Below, one piece after another: positions 10,852-20,772 of a stretch of 64,000 nucleotides of DNA (position 1 is the stretch's first letter; every line of letters begins with the position of its first letter). A program made the translations under genes and the position numbers. The notes beneath the pieces are model-generated. The model saw nothing but the letters and a program-made list of their open reading frames with translations, had not been told where the DNA came from and made no database searches. The DNA lies in NCBI GenBank assembly GCA_043747615.1, contig JAYTOU010000053.1:91923-155922 (forward strand), written 5' to 3'. Source of the stretch: Myxococcales bacterium (GTDB lineage Bacteria; Myxococcota_A; Polyangia; Polyangiales; Polyangiaceae).

Positions 10852-12821
10852 CGCGCAATCGCCTCGCCTGGCTGCTGCTAGCGCCGCTCCTCGTCGTGAT
10901 TCTCTACGCCGCGTTCGTCGCCCAGTCTCACACGTGCCCTAGCGTCGATTGCCGCACCTATCTGGAGATGGTCCGCGGGATCTCTGATCACGGATTGCCG
11001 TATTTAGAAAACGGGCCCGTCGCACTGTATCCAGAGCTTCAGGCGCGCTGGAACGTCGTTCACGGGGACCGGCTATGGGGAACGTATCCTCCTGTATTCC
11101 CGTACGCGGCGGTGATCCCGTTCCGGCTCGGTGGGCTCGTTGGCGTCGCCCATTTCAATGGCCTGATGCTCGCCGTTCTCGCCTTCGGCGTCTTTGCGCT
11201 CGGCCAAAGATACACGCGCGATTCATTGGCGGGCACAGCAGCCGCTTACATCGTTGTGCTCTCGACGCCGGCGGGGGCGTCCTCCCTCGACCTTGGCCCC
11301 TACACGATGGCGGTGAGCATGATCACCTGGGCCTCATTCTTCACGATTTGGGCTCTCGATGAGGCCGATGGACGAGCCCGCCGACTTGCTCTAGTCGCAG
11401 GCTTGCTCGGTGGTCTCGCGCTCGGGACTCACCTCCTCAACTTGCCTCTTCTCGGCGCGCTGCTCCTCGTCCTGTGCGCGGTTCCCGTCGGGGGGAGCCC
11501 TACGCTCCTACCAGAACGTTTTCGTCAGCATCGCTTCGCGCACCTGGCACCGACGCGAGCGTCGATGCGCCGCGGCGTGTGGGCAATCGCGGGCACAGGG
11601 CTCCCTTTGTCGGGAATGGCAGCATTGAATCACCTTCGGTTCGGCTCTTGGAATCCAATCAGCTACGGCCCCTGCGCCTGGCGGTCGTGTGACGAGACCG
11701 GGCTTGGTCACCAGTCCGCGGGCGCCATGCTCCTCTATGCGGCCATGACGATCGTCTGGGCGACGCTAACCATCGGCGTCAGTTGGTACGTCCGTCGGTC
11801 GCGCATCGGACTCATGATCGCCGCACTCGTCTCGCTCGCGTTCTTGTTCGGATACGAGCCGCTTACCCGGCACACCCGCAACATCGCGACAATCTTCTGG
11901 GCCTACCTCGTGGACAACAGCCCCTTCGACATGTTTCCGATGTCTCGGCCGCCGGACGGGCTCGGAAACATGTTCGGCCCGTTCGTCATCAAGTCGACGC
12001 TCCAATGCACGCCGTTCCTTGCGCTCGCAGCGATGGCCCCGTTCACGAGCCGGCGCGATAAGGGCGTGACGCTCGCGCTCGGCCTTCCCGCGTTGGCGCT
12101 CTTCGTTCTACTTGGGCTACGCGCGAACTTGGTTCCGGTGCATGCGCTTGGTTACCCGTTCCTTTATCTGCGCTATGTCCTACCGGCGCTGCCTCTCCTC
12201 GTGGTGCTCGGTCTCGAGGCGGTGAAAGCGCTTCCTTGGACCTGGGCCCACGTCGTCCTCGCGGCTGGGGCGACGCTCGCGTTCGTCGTGGCGCTCAATC
12301 AAGCGCCCGATGACATGCTCTACTGGCGCCGTGTCCTCGTTCTCCGCGGAACCCTCGCACTCGGCGGAGGAGCGCTCATCCTCGGAGGTATTGCGCATAG
12401 ATCCCTAGGAAAGGCTTGGAAGCGCGCCGCGGCCTTCGCGACTGTGGGCGCGATTGCCTGCGGAATCGCGATTACGTCGACGATCGATTTGCGAGTCGTA
12501 CTCAGCATGCAAAAGGAGAGCGCGCGCAGGGTCGATCACGTCGCGCTCATCGCCCCCCAACGATTTGCGCTCGCTGGATGGGCCGGCGACATCGACTTAC
12601 TTCTTTCGCTGAGGGCGACGCGCGACATTGAGTATGTGGATCTTTACGAATCGCTCAACTGGTACAACTTCCGCCAGATGATCGATCGTTGGTCGAGCGA
12701 CCACCGCCCGATTTTCGCCGTGCTGCCACCCGGCGCGGTCAAGAGCCCTTGGCAGGACGTCGACTTCGAGCTCGTCGACCCGGCGGAGCGCCTCTACCGG
12801 GTGACGAAGCGGATCCCCTAG
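10836..12821 (+). CDS. Polytopic membrane protein, GT-C-fold glycosyltransferase-like
   Basis: Short TM then a D-containing loop (SVDCRTY), YPPVFP motif, many TM segments, RYVLPALP motif. Confidence 0.6.
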   Translation: MAFGVTRNRLAWLLLAPLLVVILYAAFVAQSHTCPSVDCRTYLEMVRGISDHGLPYLENGPVALYPELQARWNVVHGDRLWGTYPPVFPYAAVIPFRLGGLVGVAHFNGLMLAVLAFGVFALGQRYTRDSLAGTAAAYIVVLSTPAGASSLDLGPYTMAVSMITWASFFTIWALDEADGRARRLALVAGLLGGLALGTHLLNLPLLGALLLVLCAVPVGGSPTLLPERFRQHRFAHLAPTRASMRRGVWAIAGTGLPLSGMAALNHLRFGSWNPISYGPCAWRSCDETGLGHQSAGAMLLYAAMTIVWATLTIGVSWYVRRSRIGLMIAALVSLAFLFGYEPLTRHTRNIATIFWAYLVDNSPFDMFPMSRPPDGLGNMFGPFVIKSTLQCTPFLALAAMAPFTSRRDKGVTLALGLPALALFVLLGLRANLVPVHALGYPFLYLRYVLPALPLLVVLGLEAVKALPWTWAHVVLAAGATLAFVVALNQAPDDMLYWRRVLVLRGTLALGGGALILGGIAHRSLGKAWKRAAAFATVGAIACGIAITSTIDLRVVLSMQKESARRVDHVALIAPQRFALAGWAGDIDLLLSLRATRDIEYVDLYESLNWYNFRQMIDRWSSDHRPIFAVLPPGAVKSPWQDVDFELVDPAERLYRVTKRIP

Positions 12822-14329
12822 GCCGACTTCGTCTCGGGCTGAACGCGACTCGGTACCTGCCGCAACCCGCTCACCGTCGACTGCGCGCCGGCGTCTCCGG
12901 CCTCGTGGTACTCGGCATCTTCGTTCACTTGCCAGGCGTTGAAAATGCGCTTGCCGGCGACGATATTTTCGACCGTCACCATGGCCGTCATCATCGCGTG
13001 ATCCTGGTTGTTGTACTTGTGCATCCCGTTGCGACCCACGGGGTAGAGCGTCGGAAACTTCTCCTCCATCTCCCTTCGCACGACATCGACGTGCGCGGCG
13101 TAGTGGTCGTCGTACACGGGGTAGGCTTTCTTCTGGCGGACGACGCAGCCGTCGACGACGTCTCCGACCTTGCCGAGCTGGATGGCCTCGAGCTCCTTTT
13201 TGCCGAGGGAGATCAGATCTTCGTCTTTCATGTTCCAGAGGCCGTCGCCCTCGAAACAAAAATATTCGAGGCCGTAGCAAGCAAGCGTGGGGTCCGGAAT
13301 CATCTCCGGCGACCACGACTTGAAGTTCTGGACGCGGCCGACTTTGACCGACGGATCGTGGATGTAGATCCAGTTGTCGTCGAAGAGGTTCTTGTCTTTC
13401 AGGATGAGCGTCACCGTCAGAAAGTCCCTGTATTTCAGGGAATTCGCGGCCGTCAGCGCCTTTGCGGAGAGCGCGGGCTTCAAATTCTCTGCGAGCTCGC
13501 GGAGCGGCGCCGACGAGATGAGGCTCTCGGCCGTCGTCTCGAACGTCTTTCCGTTTTGGTCTTCGTGCTTGACCGTCCAGCGCTTCGCTTCGGCGTCCCA
13601 CGTGCAACCGACGACCTTGTGCCCCATCTCGATCTTGCCGCCCATCGCCTTCGTCTTGGCGGCGCACGCTTCCCACAGCATGCCCGGGCCCTTGCGCGGG
13701 TAACGGAAGGAGTCGATCAGCGTCTTGACGATCTTGTCGCGGCTCTTCGGCTTTCGCTTGGGCAGAAGCGCGTTCACGATCGCGCTGCCGAGAGAGAGCC
13801 CCTTGATGCGCTGCGCAGCCCAATCGGCGGAGATCTCCGCGCAGGGCATGCCCCAAACCTTTTCGGTGTAGGTCTTGAAGAAGATCTCGAAGAGGCGGCT
13901 ACCGAACTCGTTGCTCACCCACTCTTCGTAGTTCTTGGGGTGCTTGTTCGGAAACGCGCGCGCCTTCGCGTACGACGCGACGCACCGCGCGGCCTCGACG
14001 GGGCCGAGCTTTCTCAGCGCCTCGACGCCCTTCAGCGGGTAGGCGAAGAACTTTCCGTCATAGAAAATGCGAGAGGAGCGGGGGCGCTCGATCATGTCGT
14101 CAGGGAGGATCTCGGTCCAGAAATCCTCGACCTCTTTCGACTTCGAGAAGAAGCGATGACCGCCGATGTCGAAGTGAAAACCCTTGTATTTAGCCGTACG
14201 CGAGATGCCGCCCACGTAGGTAGGGTCGGCTTCGAACACCGTGACGGCGACCCCTTTCTTCGACAAGAGGTACGCGGCAGTGAGGCCCGCGGGGCCGGCT
14301 CCGATGATCGCGACCGAAGTGTTCGTCAT
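12818..14329 (-). CDS. FAD-dependent oxidoreductase (protoporphyrinogen oxidase / UDP-galactopyranose mutase-like)
   Basis: IIGAGPAGLTAA, GGISRT, FDIGGHRFFSK, YTEKVWG, GRNGMHKYNNQDH. Confidence 0.85.
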   Translation of the reverse strand: MTNTSVAIIGAGPAGLTAAYLLSKKGVAVTVFEADPTYVGGISRTAKYKGFHFDIGGHRFFSKSKEVEDFWTEILPDDMIERPRSSRIFYDGKFFAYPLKGVEALRKLGPVEAARCVASYAKARAFPNKHPKNYEEWVSNEFGSRLFEIFFKTYTEKVWGMPCAEISADWAAQRIKGLSLGSAIVNALLPKRKPKSRDKIVKTLIDSFRYPRKGPGMLWEACAAKTKAMGGKIEMGHKVVGCTWDAEAKRWTVKHEDQNGKTFETTAESLISSAPLRELAENLKPALSAKALTAANSLKYRDFLTVTLILKDKNLFDDNWIYIHDPSVKVGRVQNFKSWSPEMIPDPTLACYGLEYFCFEGDGLWNMKDEDLISLGKKELEAIQLGKVGDVVDGCVVRQKKAYPVYDDHYAAHVDVVRREMEEKFPTLYPVGRNGMHKYNNQDHAMMTAMVTVENIVAGKRIFNAWQVNEDAEYHEAGDAGAQSTVSGLRQVPSRVQPETKSA

Positions 14330-14389
14330 GAACGAAAGTCTCCAAGAAGAAAAAAGAATTCTGAGGCGAACTATGCGGCGAAGGGGGGA

Positions 14390-15388
14390 TCAGTCAAGAG
14401 CAGACGTCGCGCCGTCACGCTCGGACTTCCCGCTCGCGCGCACTTCTGCAAACGACATTCCGATCCGACCGAGGCCGATGAGGCCGAGCACGATGAGCAG
14501 AAGCTGCTGCGAGAGCGACCACACGAAGACGAACGCCAGCGCCTTATCTTCGGGGACATGAAACGGCAAGACGAGCGCGCTGGTCGCAAAACCTTGCACG
14601 ATTCCGAGACCGCCCGGCGCTGACGGCACCGCACCGCCGAGATTCGCGGTGACCATCACCAGGCCCGCTTGCTCGACCACCGGCGGGAGGAACGCGGCCA
14701 TGGTGAAGTACGCGCACGCGATGCCCGCGGCCCAGATGAAGAGCGTGAGAACGAGGACGAGAACGACGCCGCGCGCCGAGCCCACTGCGCGAAATCCGGT
14801 GCAGAGATCGCGGAACCGCTTCAACCAAAGCTCGGCGGATTTCGTGGAACGCTCGAGGATCGGGCGAAGGATTCGCTCCGTGCGCTCGGCTTGCCAGACG
14901 AGGATGCCACCGACGACGAGCAGCACGATGACGAGGATCCCGCCGGCAAACGCGGCGCGCGAGAACGACGGAGGCATCGGTACATAGGCTGCGAAGAACG
15001 CGAAGAGGCCGACCACGGTGGCCAGATCGAGGACGCGCTCGACGACGATGGACGAGAAGGAGCTCACCATCGGGATGGTCGTCCGCTCGCCAATCACGAA
15101 CGCGCGACCAACCTCGCCGAGACGAAGCGGCAGAGTGACGTTCAGCATGTAGCCGATGCTCATGGCGTGAAAGGTCGTCCAGAATGGGGCGCCCCCCATG
15201 AGGAGGGACCAGCGCCAGGCGCGCAGGGCGAAGGCGAATGCGCAAAAGGCGAAGGCCGGAAGGAACCAGACGGCCCGCGCACCGGAGATGGCGCGCCCAA
15301 GCTCGGTGAAGTTGACGTTGCGGAGCGTGAAGAAGAGGGCGATCGCGCTGACGGCAAATCCAGCCCACACTTTCCAGCTCCGCGACAC
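14390..15388 (-). CDS. Lysylphosphatidylglycerol-synthase TM / UPF0104 flippase-like protein
   Basis: LRAWRW, NVTLPLRLGEVGR, VERVLD, VPSAPGGLG motifs; GTG start estimated. Confidence 0.85.
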   Translation of the reverse strand: MSRSWKVWAGFAVSAIALFFTLRNVNFTELGRAISGARAVWFLPAFAFCAFAFALRAWRWSLLMGGAPFWTTFHAMSIGYMLNVTLPLRLGEVGRAFVIGERTTIPMVSSFSSIVVERVLDLATVVGLFAFFAAYVPMPPSFSRAAFAGGILVIVLLVVGGILVWQAERTERILRPILERSTKSAELWLKRFRDLCTGFRAVGSARGVVLVLVLTLFIWAAGIACAYFTMAAFLPPVVEQAGLVMVTANLGGAVPSAPGGLGIVQGFATSALVLPFHVPEDKALAFVFVWSLSQQLLLIVLGLIGLGRIGMSFAEVRASGKSERDGATSALD

Positions 15389-15452
15389 GGCGGGAACGTA
15401 GCAGGTAATGGTCGCGCTTCCGCGGCCTAATCCTGGTAAACCGCCGGTCTCG

Positions 15453-17390
15453 ATGTCCTCCCCCGATCTGCCCACGGCGAAGAAAGATCCGCAGCGTCGG
15501 TGGCGACTCTTCGTCCTCCTTTCGGGGATCGTTTCGATCATCGCGGTGCACGGACCGCTCATTGGTTACAAGACGTTCGCCAACGTCGACGAGGCGTACG
15601 CCGCGGCCATCGCCGAGCGTCTCCTCGAAGGCCACAAGCTCTACGAGGGCGCCATCAGCCAGCGCGGACCGCTCATGTACTACGTGTTCGAGGGCTTCGC
15701 CTGGACGCACGGCTGGGACAACATCGTCGCGCTCAGGCTCTGGGCGCTTGCCCTCGCCATCACGCACGTTCTTCTGACGTACTGGGTGGGGCGAGTCCTC
15801 GTCTCGAAGACAGCGGCAACCGTCGCGGCCGCCGTCGCCTCGTATGCCCTCGCGATCGGCTATCCGCCGGAGGACGCGGTCGCCATTAACGGAGAGTCAC
15901 TGCAGCTCCCCGCGATGCTGGTCGCCGTGGTCCTCGGCGTCGTCGCTGTGCGGGCGGCGCCGGGCTCGCGCGATCGACTCCTGCGCCTGCTCGCGTGCGG
16001 AGTGGCGTTCGGGTTTGCGATCTCGATCAAGCAGTCCGTCGCGCTTCATCCGATTCCGGTGGTCTTGCTTTTGATGATCGACGCGCACCGCAGGAAGGTC
16101 ACGTTCTCGCGGCTCGCCCTCGACACGGCGGTCCTCTTCTTTGCGACGCTCCTCGTTCCTGCGCTGTTCATCGCGCACGCTGCCGCGCAAGGGACGCTGA
16201 GCCAAATGTATTATTACTCCGTCACCTACAACAGCCAGGTCCACCTCCGACCGTCGGCCACCGCGTTCTCGTGGCTCGGGCACTTCTTCTTTCGCCTGAT
16301 GTCGCAGACGCTTTTCTTCATTCTGCTCGTCCTTCTCATTGGCCGCGCGCTCCCCTATGTCGTGCGGCGGTTCAAAGGGGCGTGGCGGTTTCGCTCCGTC
16401 GCGGCGCTTGGACGCGGCTTCGGCCCCCGCGAGTACCTCGGGCTCCACCTGCTCCTCGCCGTCTTAGCGGCGACCTCGATGTACCGCTTCTTTCCTCACT
16501 ATTACCTGCAAGCTGCACCCTTCATGGCGCTCGCCGCGGGCATCGCTGTGGATCGCTGGTTCAACACGAAGAGGATGGCGAGCGCGGCCCGCACGGTCGT
16601 CGGCGCGTTCATGGTCTTCGTTGTCTTCGCCGCCGCTCTCGGCTGCATCTTCGGCGAGCGGATCGACGGTCGGGTGGCCCACGATCGTACAGTGAAGGAC
16701 GTCGGCAGGTACATCGAAGGGACGACCAAGGCGGAGGATCGCATTTTCGTTTGGGGCTTTTCCCCTTGGCTTTACGAGTATTCGCATCGTCGTCCAGCGG
16801 GTCGCTACGTCTTCGAGACGTACGTAACGGGGTTCGTTCCGTGGTTCTGGGAGAAGCTCTCCTTCGAGAAGGCGCGCATCGTCCCCGGGAGCACCGAGGC
16901 CCTCCTCGCGGATCTCGATCGCGAGAAGCCGGCGATCGTGGTCGACGCGGGCAGCGTGATGATGGCTCGGCCCATGCGCACCTACGAGAAGCCGAACGCC
17001 TGGCTGCACGAGCATTACTGTTTCGAAGTCCGCATCGGCGCGATGGACATCTACCGCGTGAAGCCCGACGGCAAGGAGTGTCCACAGCCGTTCTTTCCGC
17101 GCGCGCACTACACGACGGATTTTCTCGGCAGGGCCCTGTCCGTCCCCGTTGCGCGGACGCTCGACATCAGCACCTCTCCGCGACTTCCGGAGGGAGACTT
17201 CTTCAAGCCGCTTTGGTTCCCGGCGGGCCCCGTGCCGCCCGGGCTTGAAGCGGTGCGCGACAAGAAGCGCGAGAACGAAGAAAAAGCGGGTGAGGCTGAT
17301 GGCTTCTTCGTACAAGACATGGAGCCGTACGTTCCGTCGGTGCTCGTGGGGCCGAAGGGCGCAACGACGCCGCCGGTCACCCCGCCCTGA
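15453..17390 (+). CDS. GT-C glycosyltransferase (ArnT/PMT-like)
   Basis: NVDEAYA after first TM, LYEG...RGPL, SIKQ, FFPHYYLQ, DRIFVWG. Confidence 0.75.
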   Translation: MSSPDLPTAKKDPQRRWRLFVLLSGIVSIIAVHGPLIGYKTFANVDEAYAAAIAERLLEGHKLYEGAISQRGPLMYYVFEGFAWTHGWDNIVALRLWALALAITHVLLTYWVGRVLVSKTAATVAAAVASYALAIGYPPEDAVAINGESLQLPAMLVAVVLGVVAVRAAPGSRDRLLRLLACGVAFGFAISIKQSVALHPIPVVLLLMIDAHRRKVTFSRLALDTAVLFFATLLVPALFIAHAAAQGTLSQMYYYSVTYNSQVHLRPSATAFSWLGHFFFRLMSQTLFFILLVLLIGRALPYVVRRFKGAWRFRSVAALGRGFGPREYLGLHLLLAVLAATSMYRFFPHYYLQAAPFMALAAGIAVDRWFNTKRMASAARTVVGAFMVFVVFAAALGCIFGERIDGRVAHDRTVKDVGRYIEGTTKAEDRIFVWGFSPWLYEYSHRRPAGRYVFETYVTGFVPWFWEKLSFEKARIVPGSTEALLADLDREKPAIVVDAGSVMMARPMRTYEKPNAWLHEHYCFEVRIGAMDIYRVKPDGKECPQPFFPRAHYTTDFLGRALSVPVARTLDISTSPRLPEGDFFKPLWFPAGPVPPGLEAVRDKKRENEEKAGEADGFFVQDMEPYVPSVLVGPKGATTPPVTPP

Positions 17391-19024
17391 TGGACCGTCC
17401 GTTCGCCCGGAAAAACGAGGCGATTTTCGCAATCGCGGCGCTTGGCGTGGTGCTCGCGCGGCTCATCGAATGGAAGGCGCTCGGAGATGTGCCGCACGTG
17501 ATGGATGAAGTCGCCTACGCGTTTCAGGCCCGCACGATGGCCGGCGGTCACCTCTCGATGCCCGTCGCCCTTCCCCGCGCCGCGTTCGCGCTGTGGTTCG
17601 TCGACGATCGCTCGGCGAGGTTCAGCATCTTCCCGCCGGGGTGGCCAGCGGTCCTCGCGCTTGGACTGAAAGTCCACGCGGCGACGTGGGTCAATCCGCT
17701 TTTGCACGGGGGGACGGTCCTCCTCGTCGCAGCCATCGCTCGAAGGATTGCCGGGACCCGCGCTCAATTGGTGGCTGCAATCGCATACGCGTTGAGCCCT
17801 CAAGCGTTGATTCTCGCGGCCAGTCTGATGTCACATACTCTCGTCGCCTTCGGCGCGGCGCTCGCACTCTACGCCGGCGTCAGCGAGCCGCGAAAGAAGA
17901 CGCTGCTCCTCGGAGGCGCTGGGATCGGGCTCGGCCTCCTCGCGCGCCCGCTGTGCGGCGTGATCGTCGCAGCAGGGTTCGCAGCGCTCGCGCTCCTCTC
18001 CATGGCGCGCAAGAGAGCCCCGCCCGCTACGTTTGCGATCGCGCTCGTACCCCTTGTTTTTGCCTGCGTGCTGCTCGGTGCGTACAATGCCGCGCTCACG
18101 GGCGACCCGCTCCGCTTTCCACAGAGCGTGTGGTTCGACGAGCACGCGCCTCCGCTCGACGATCCTTTTTTCCGCTACGCCCCGGGATGCAACAGCCTCG
18201 GCTTCGGACCCGGTCACGGCTGCGACGACGGGATCAAGAACGCGACCCACAGCCTCGCCAACGCACTGAGCAATACCGGCGACAACCTCACCTCTTGGTT
18301 TCTCCTGGCGGGAGGGGGACCCCTCGTTTTCGTCTGTCTGGGCCTCGCCATTGCCCAGCGCCGGGGACGGATCTTGGCGCTCGGAGTGCCGATCCTCGCG
18401 ACCATCTTTCTCTACGCGCTCTACTGGTATGCGGGCACCTGCTACGGCGCGCGCTTCTACCACGCTGCCCTCCCCTCGCTGATCGTGCTCGGCGCATTCG
18501 GCGCGATGCGCATCTTGCGACGGAGCGCGCGCGCGTTCGCCGTGGTGTCTGCGCTCTGGCTGTCTGCAAATGCCGTGGCCCTCGGCGCCGCTCTCGGCGA
18601 GCTGAGCGACCGCTACTGGGGGATCGACGCGCGCTTCGCGAACGCATCGCTGCTCCCTCTTGGGAGATCGCTGGTGATGGTGGCCTTCAAGACGGACGGG
18701 GTTCTCATGCATCACCTGCGGTGGACGGGCTTTACGTCACCCGATCCCACATCTCGCTGGCACAACTCGGTCCGCGCGCTCTCCGCCTTGACCGTCAATG
18801 CCCCGTCGGACGACGGCCCGGTCGTCTTTGCCAAGTACCACCCGGCGATGGTCGAAGAGCTTCGGGCGCGCTTTCCCAACCATGCATTGTACATCTATGT
18901 CTTCGCCGATCACCCCGAGGCCGATCAGCTCGCTCCCTACGACAGCTCTCCCGTGTCGGAGATCGACCGCGTCACCGTGTGGCCGCGCGACAACTTCGAC
19001 GGCTACGTCGTGCCGGAACTGTAG
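17390..19024 (+). CDS. GT-C glycosyltransferase-like membrane protein
   Basis: MDEVAYAFQA, FPPGWPAVLALG, SLMSH, ARP, YNAALTGDPL, GARFY; TGATG overlap with upstream gene. Confidence 0.7.
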   Translation: MDRPFARKNEAIFAIAALGVVLARLIEWKALGDVPHVMDEVAYAFQARTMAGGHLSMPVALPRAAFALWFVDDRSARFSIFPPGWPAVLALGLKVHAATWVNPLLHGGTVLLVAAIARRIAGTRAQLVAAIAYALSPQALILAASLMSHTLVAFGAALALYAGVSEPRKKTLLLGGAGIGLGLLARPLCGVIVAAGFAALALLSMARKRAPPATFAIALVPLVFACVLLGAYNAALTGDPLRFPQSVWFDEHAPPLDDPFFRYAPGCNSLGFGPGHGCDDGIKNATHSLANALSNTGDNLTSWFLLAGGGPLVFVCLGLAIAQRRGRILALGVPILATIFLYALYWYAGTCYGARFYHAALPSLIVLGAFGAMRILRRSARAFAVVSALWLSANAVALGAALGELSDRYWGIDARFANASLLPLGRSLVMVAFKTDGVLMHHLRWTGFTSPDPTSRWHNSVRALSALTVNAPSDDGPVVFAKYHPAMVEELRARFPNHALYIYVFADHPEADQLAPYDSSPVSEIDRVTVWPRDNFDGYVVPEL

Positions 19025-19037
19025 TAAGCATGGTGGC

Positions 19038-19307
19038 ATGAGCGACGAGCGGGTCCGCGCAGAGCGCACGGCGGAAGCCATGTCGTCTGATCACGTAACC
19101 TGGCTGTGGGAAGGATTCCGTTCCGGTCAGCCGGTGGATTGCCCCCGCGACGAGAACCTGATGGCCGTCGCCGTTGACGGATCCGCCGGCGCCTACCGCC
19201 TGATTTGCGTGGGCTGCGGGCACGCCACCCCGTGGTTCGAGTCCAAGCCGGGCGAGACCATCCACCTACGCGGCCGCACCTCCATACCGCCGCCCATGCG
19301 CGACTGA
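19038..19307 (+). CDS. Small putative zinc-ribbon protein
   Basis: CPRD...CVGCG; follows the upstream stop by 13 nt. Confidence 0.6.
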   Translation: MSDERVRAERTAEAMSSDHVTWLWEGFRSGQPVDCPRDENLMAVAVDGSAGAYRLICVGCGHATPWFESKPGETIHLRGRTSIPPPMRD

Positions 19308-19311
19308 CAAA

Positions 19312-19346
19312 CCCTCCTCAGGATCCACGCGAGGTCCTGAAGGGGG
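19312..19346. terminator. Hairpin between convergent genes, probable intrinsic terminator
   Basis: CCCTCCTCAGGA...TCCTGAAGGGGG imperfect inverted repeat, followed by TTTG on the minus strand. Confidence 0.5.
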
Positions 19347-19373
19347 CGCCCGTCGACCCCGGCAAATTTCGAA

Positions 19374-19475
19374 AACGCTTCACGAGCATGCTCGAAGACG
19401 AGGTGATTACCGCCGCGCCGGGAAAGCGCATCACCGCTTCAAACCCGGCGAAGGTTCATCACCTCACGAAGCGTT
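19374..19475 (-). other. Structured ~100-nt intergenic/3'-UTR element
   Basis: Nested complementary pairs 19374-81/19468-75, 19400-07/19458-65, 19416-22/19444-50, 19424-28/19435-39; side palindrome 19383-94. Confidence 0.55.
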
Positions 19476-20034
19476 AGTTGTTCTGAGCGCCCTGGGCGAT
19501 CCAGCGGCGGATGGTGTCGCGCTTTTCGACCGGGAGGAGATCGCCGGCCTGGGGCATCGTTCCCTGGCAGGTGGCGGAGCCGGGACGATAGGGAAGCGTG
19601 CCGTCGCTGCACATCTTGTCGAACGTGCAGTTGTCGCCATCGATCTTGTGCATCACGTAGCTGTTCGCGGGATCACTCGGGGTGACGAAGTTCATCGTCG
19701 GGAGCTCCTTCGCCTTCACGTTCACCATGGCTGCGACGACCATCACCGGGTCGCTCATGGCGGGCGGTTTCACGCCGAGAGACACGCCGTTGTTCGTGCC
19801 GCCGGGCATGCCGTGACACGACGTGAACGCGCAGCTCTGAACGAGAATGGGGAGCACGTCTGTCTTGAACGACGTCGCCGCCTTCAAGTCCGTCGACGCC
19901 GGCACGACGTACGCCGTGCACGTGGTGGCGGGAGCCGAGGTGGTGCTGCAGGCGGCAAGCGACGTTGCGGACAGAGCGAGCGCGGCGGCTGCGAAGACGG
20001 AAAAAAGAAGCGAGGCCGGAGACGGTCGAAGCAT
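19474..20034 (-). CDS. Lipoprotein with planctomycete-type cytochrome c-like domain (CX4CH)
   Basis: Lipobox LAAC; SFKTDVLPILVQSCAFTSCH ... MP ... IRRWIAQGA. Confidence 0.7.
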   Translation of the reverse strand: MLRPSPASLLFSVFAAAALALSATSLAACSTTSAPATTCTAYVVPASTDLKAATSFKTDVLPILVQSCAFTSCHGMPGGTNNGVSLGVKPPAMSDPVMVVAAMVNVKAKELPTMNFVTPSDPANSYVMHKIDGDNCTFDKMCSDGTLPYRPGSATCQGTMPQAGDLLPVEKRDTIRRWIAQGAQNN

Positions 20035-20133
20035 GAGGCATGAAATGGCTGAATTTGCCCCGCGCGCAACTATTTTTTTCCTCAACGCGAAGCGAGCCCA
20101 CAAACCCCCGAGCGCGCGCTAAGAGAAGAGCAC

Positions 20134-20772
20134 ATGTTCTCATTTGCCCTCGGGAACATCCCGGTCCGCGTCCACCTTCCATTTTTGTTCTTGTCAGCGT
20201 TCATCGTGATGAACGCGGGGGATCCTCGCCTCATCCTGAGCGGCGTGGCGATCATCTTCGTGTCGGTCCTGATTCACGAGCTCGGGCACGCCCTCATGGG
20301 CAAAGCGTTTGGCCTGACGCCGCAAATCGATCTTCACGGCATGGGCGGTACGACCTCTTGGGCCCACAAGAACGTCTCGAGCGGCGCAAAGATTCTCATC
20401 AGCCTGGCGGGTCCAAGCACCGGCATCGTGATCGGCTTGATCCTGAAGTACGGACCTTTCTTTGAGGGGCAGCACCTGTCGCTGCTTGCCCGCGGCATCA
20501 TCGGTCAGATCATCTTCGTGAACCTCGGATGGGGGGTGCTGAACCTTCTTCCGATGCTCCCTCTCGACGGCGGAAACGTGATGCACCAGCTCATTGCGAT
20601 GATCACGGGGACGGACGGGGAACGGCCAGCCCGCATCATTTCGATCGTCGTCGGCGTTCTCGCCGCGATCGCGGGGTACATGTACTTCGGCCTCTTCACC
20701 GCGATTCTCGTGGCGATGCTCGTCGGCCAGAATGTGCGCGCCCTTCGCCCCGCAGAGATCACCCGCTCGTAG
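20134..20772 (+). CDS. Site-2 protease, peptidase M50 family
   Basis: HELGH, SLAGP, NLLPMLPLDGG. Confidence 0.92.
   Translation: MFSFALGNIPVRVHLPFLFLSAFIVMNAGDPRLILSGVAIIFVSVLIHELGHALMGKAFGLTPQIDLHGMGGTTSWAHKNVSSGAKILISLAGPSTGIVIGLILKYGPFFEGQHLSLLARGIIGQIIFVNLGWGVLNLLPMLPLDGGNVMHQLIAMITGTDGERPARIISIVVGVLAAIAGYMYFGLFTAILVAMLVGQNVRALRPAEITRS

Noticed and set aside
12689..14623. Long antisense ORFs (also 715-2400, 35130-37139, 37649-39292, 52959-54251, 54937-56481)
   Set aside because: Shadows of motif-bearing genes; expected at high GC and carry no motifs of their own
19308..19475. SRP RNA, 6S RNA, tRNA or hammerhead assignment
   Set aside because: Conserved cores not found and gene context does not fit; kept only as an unnamed structure
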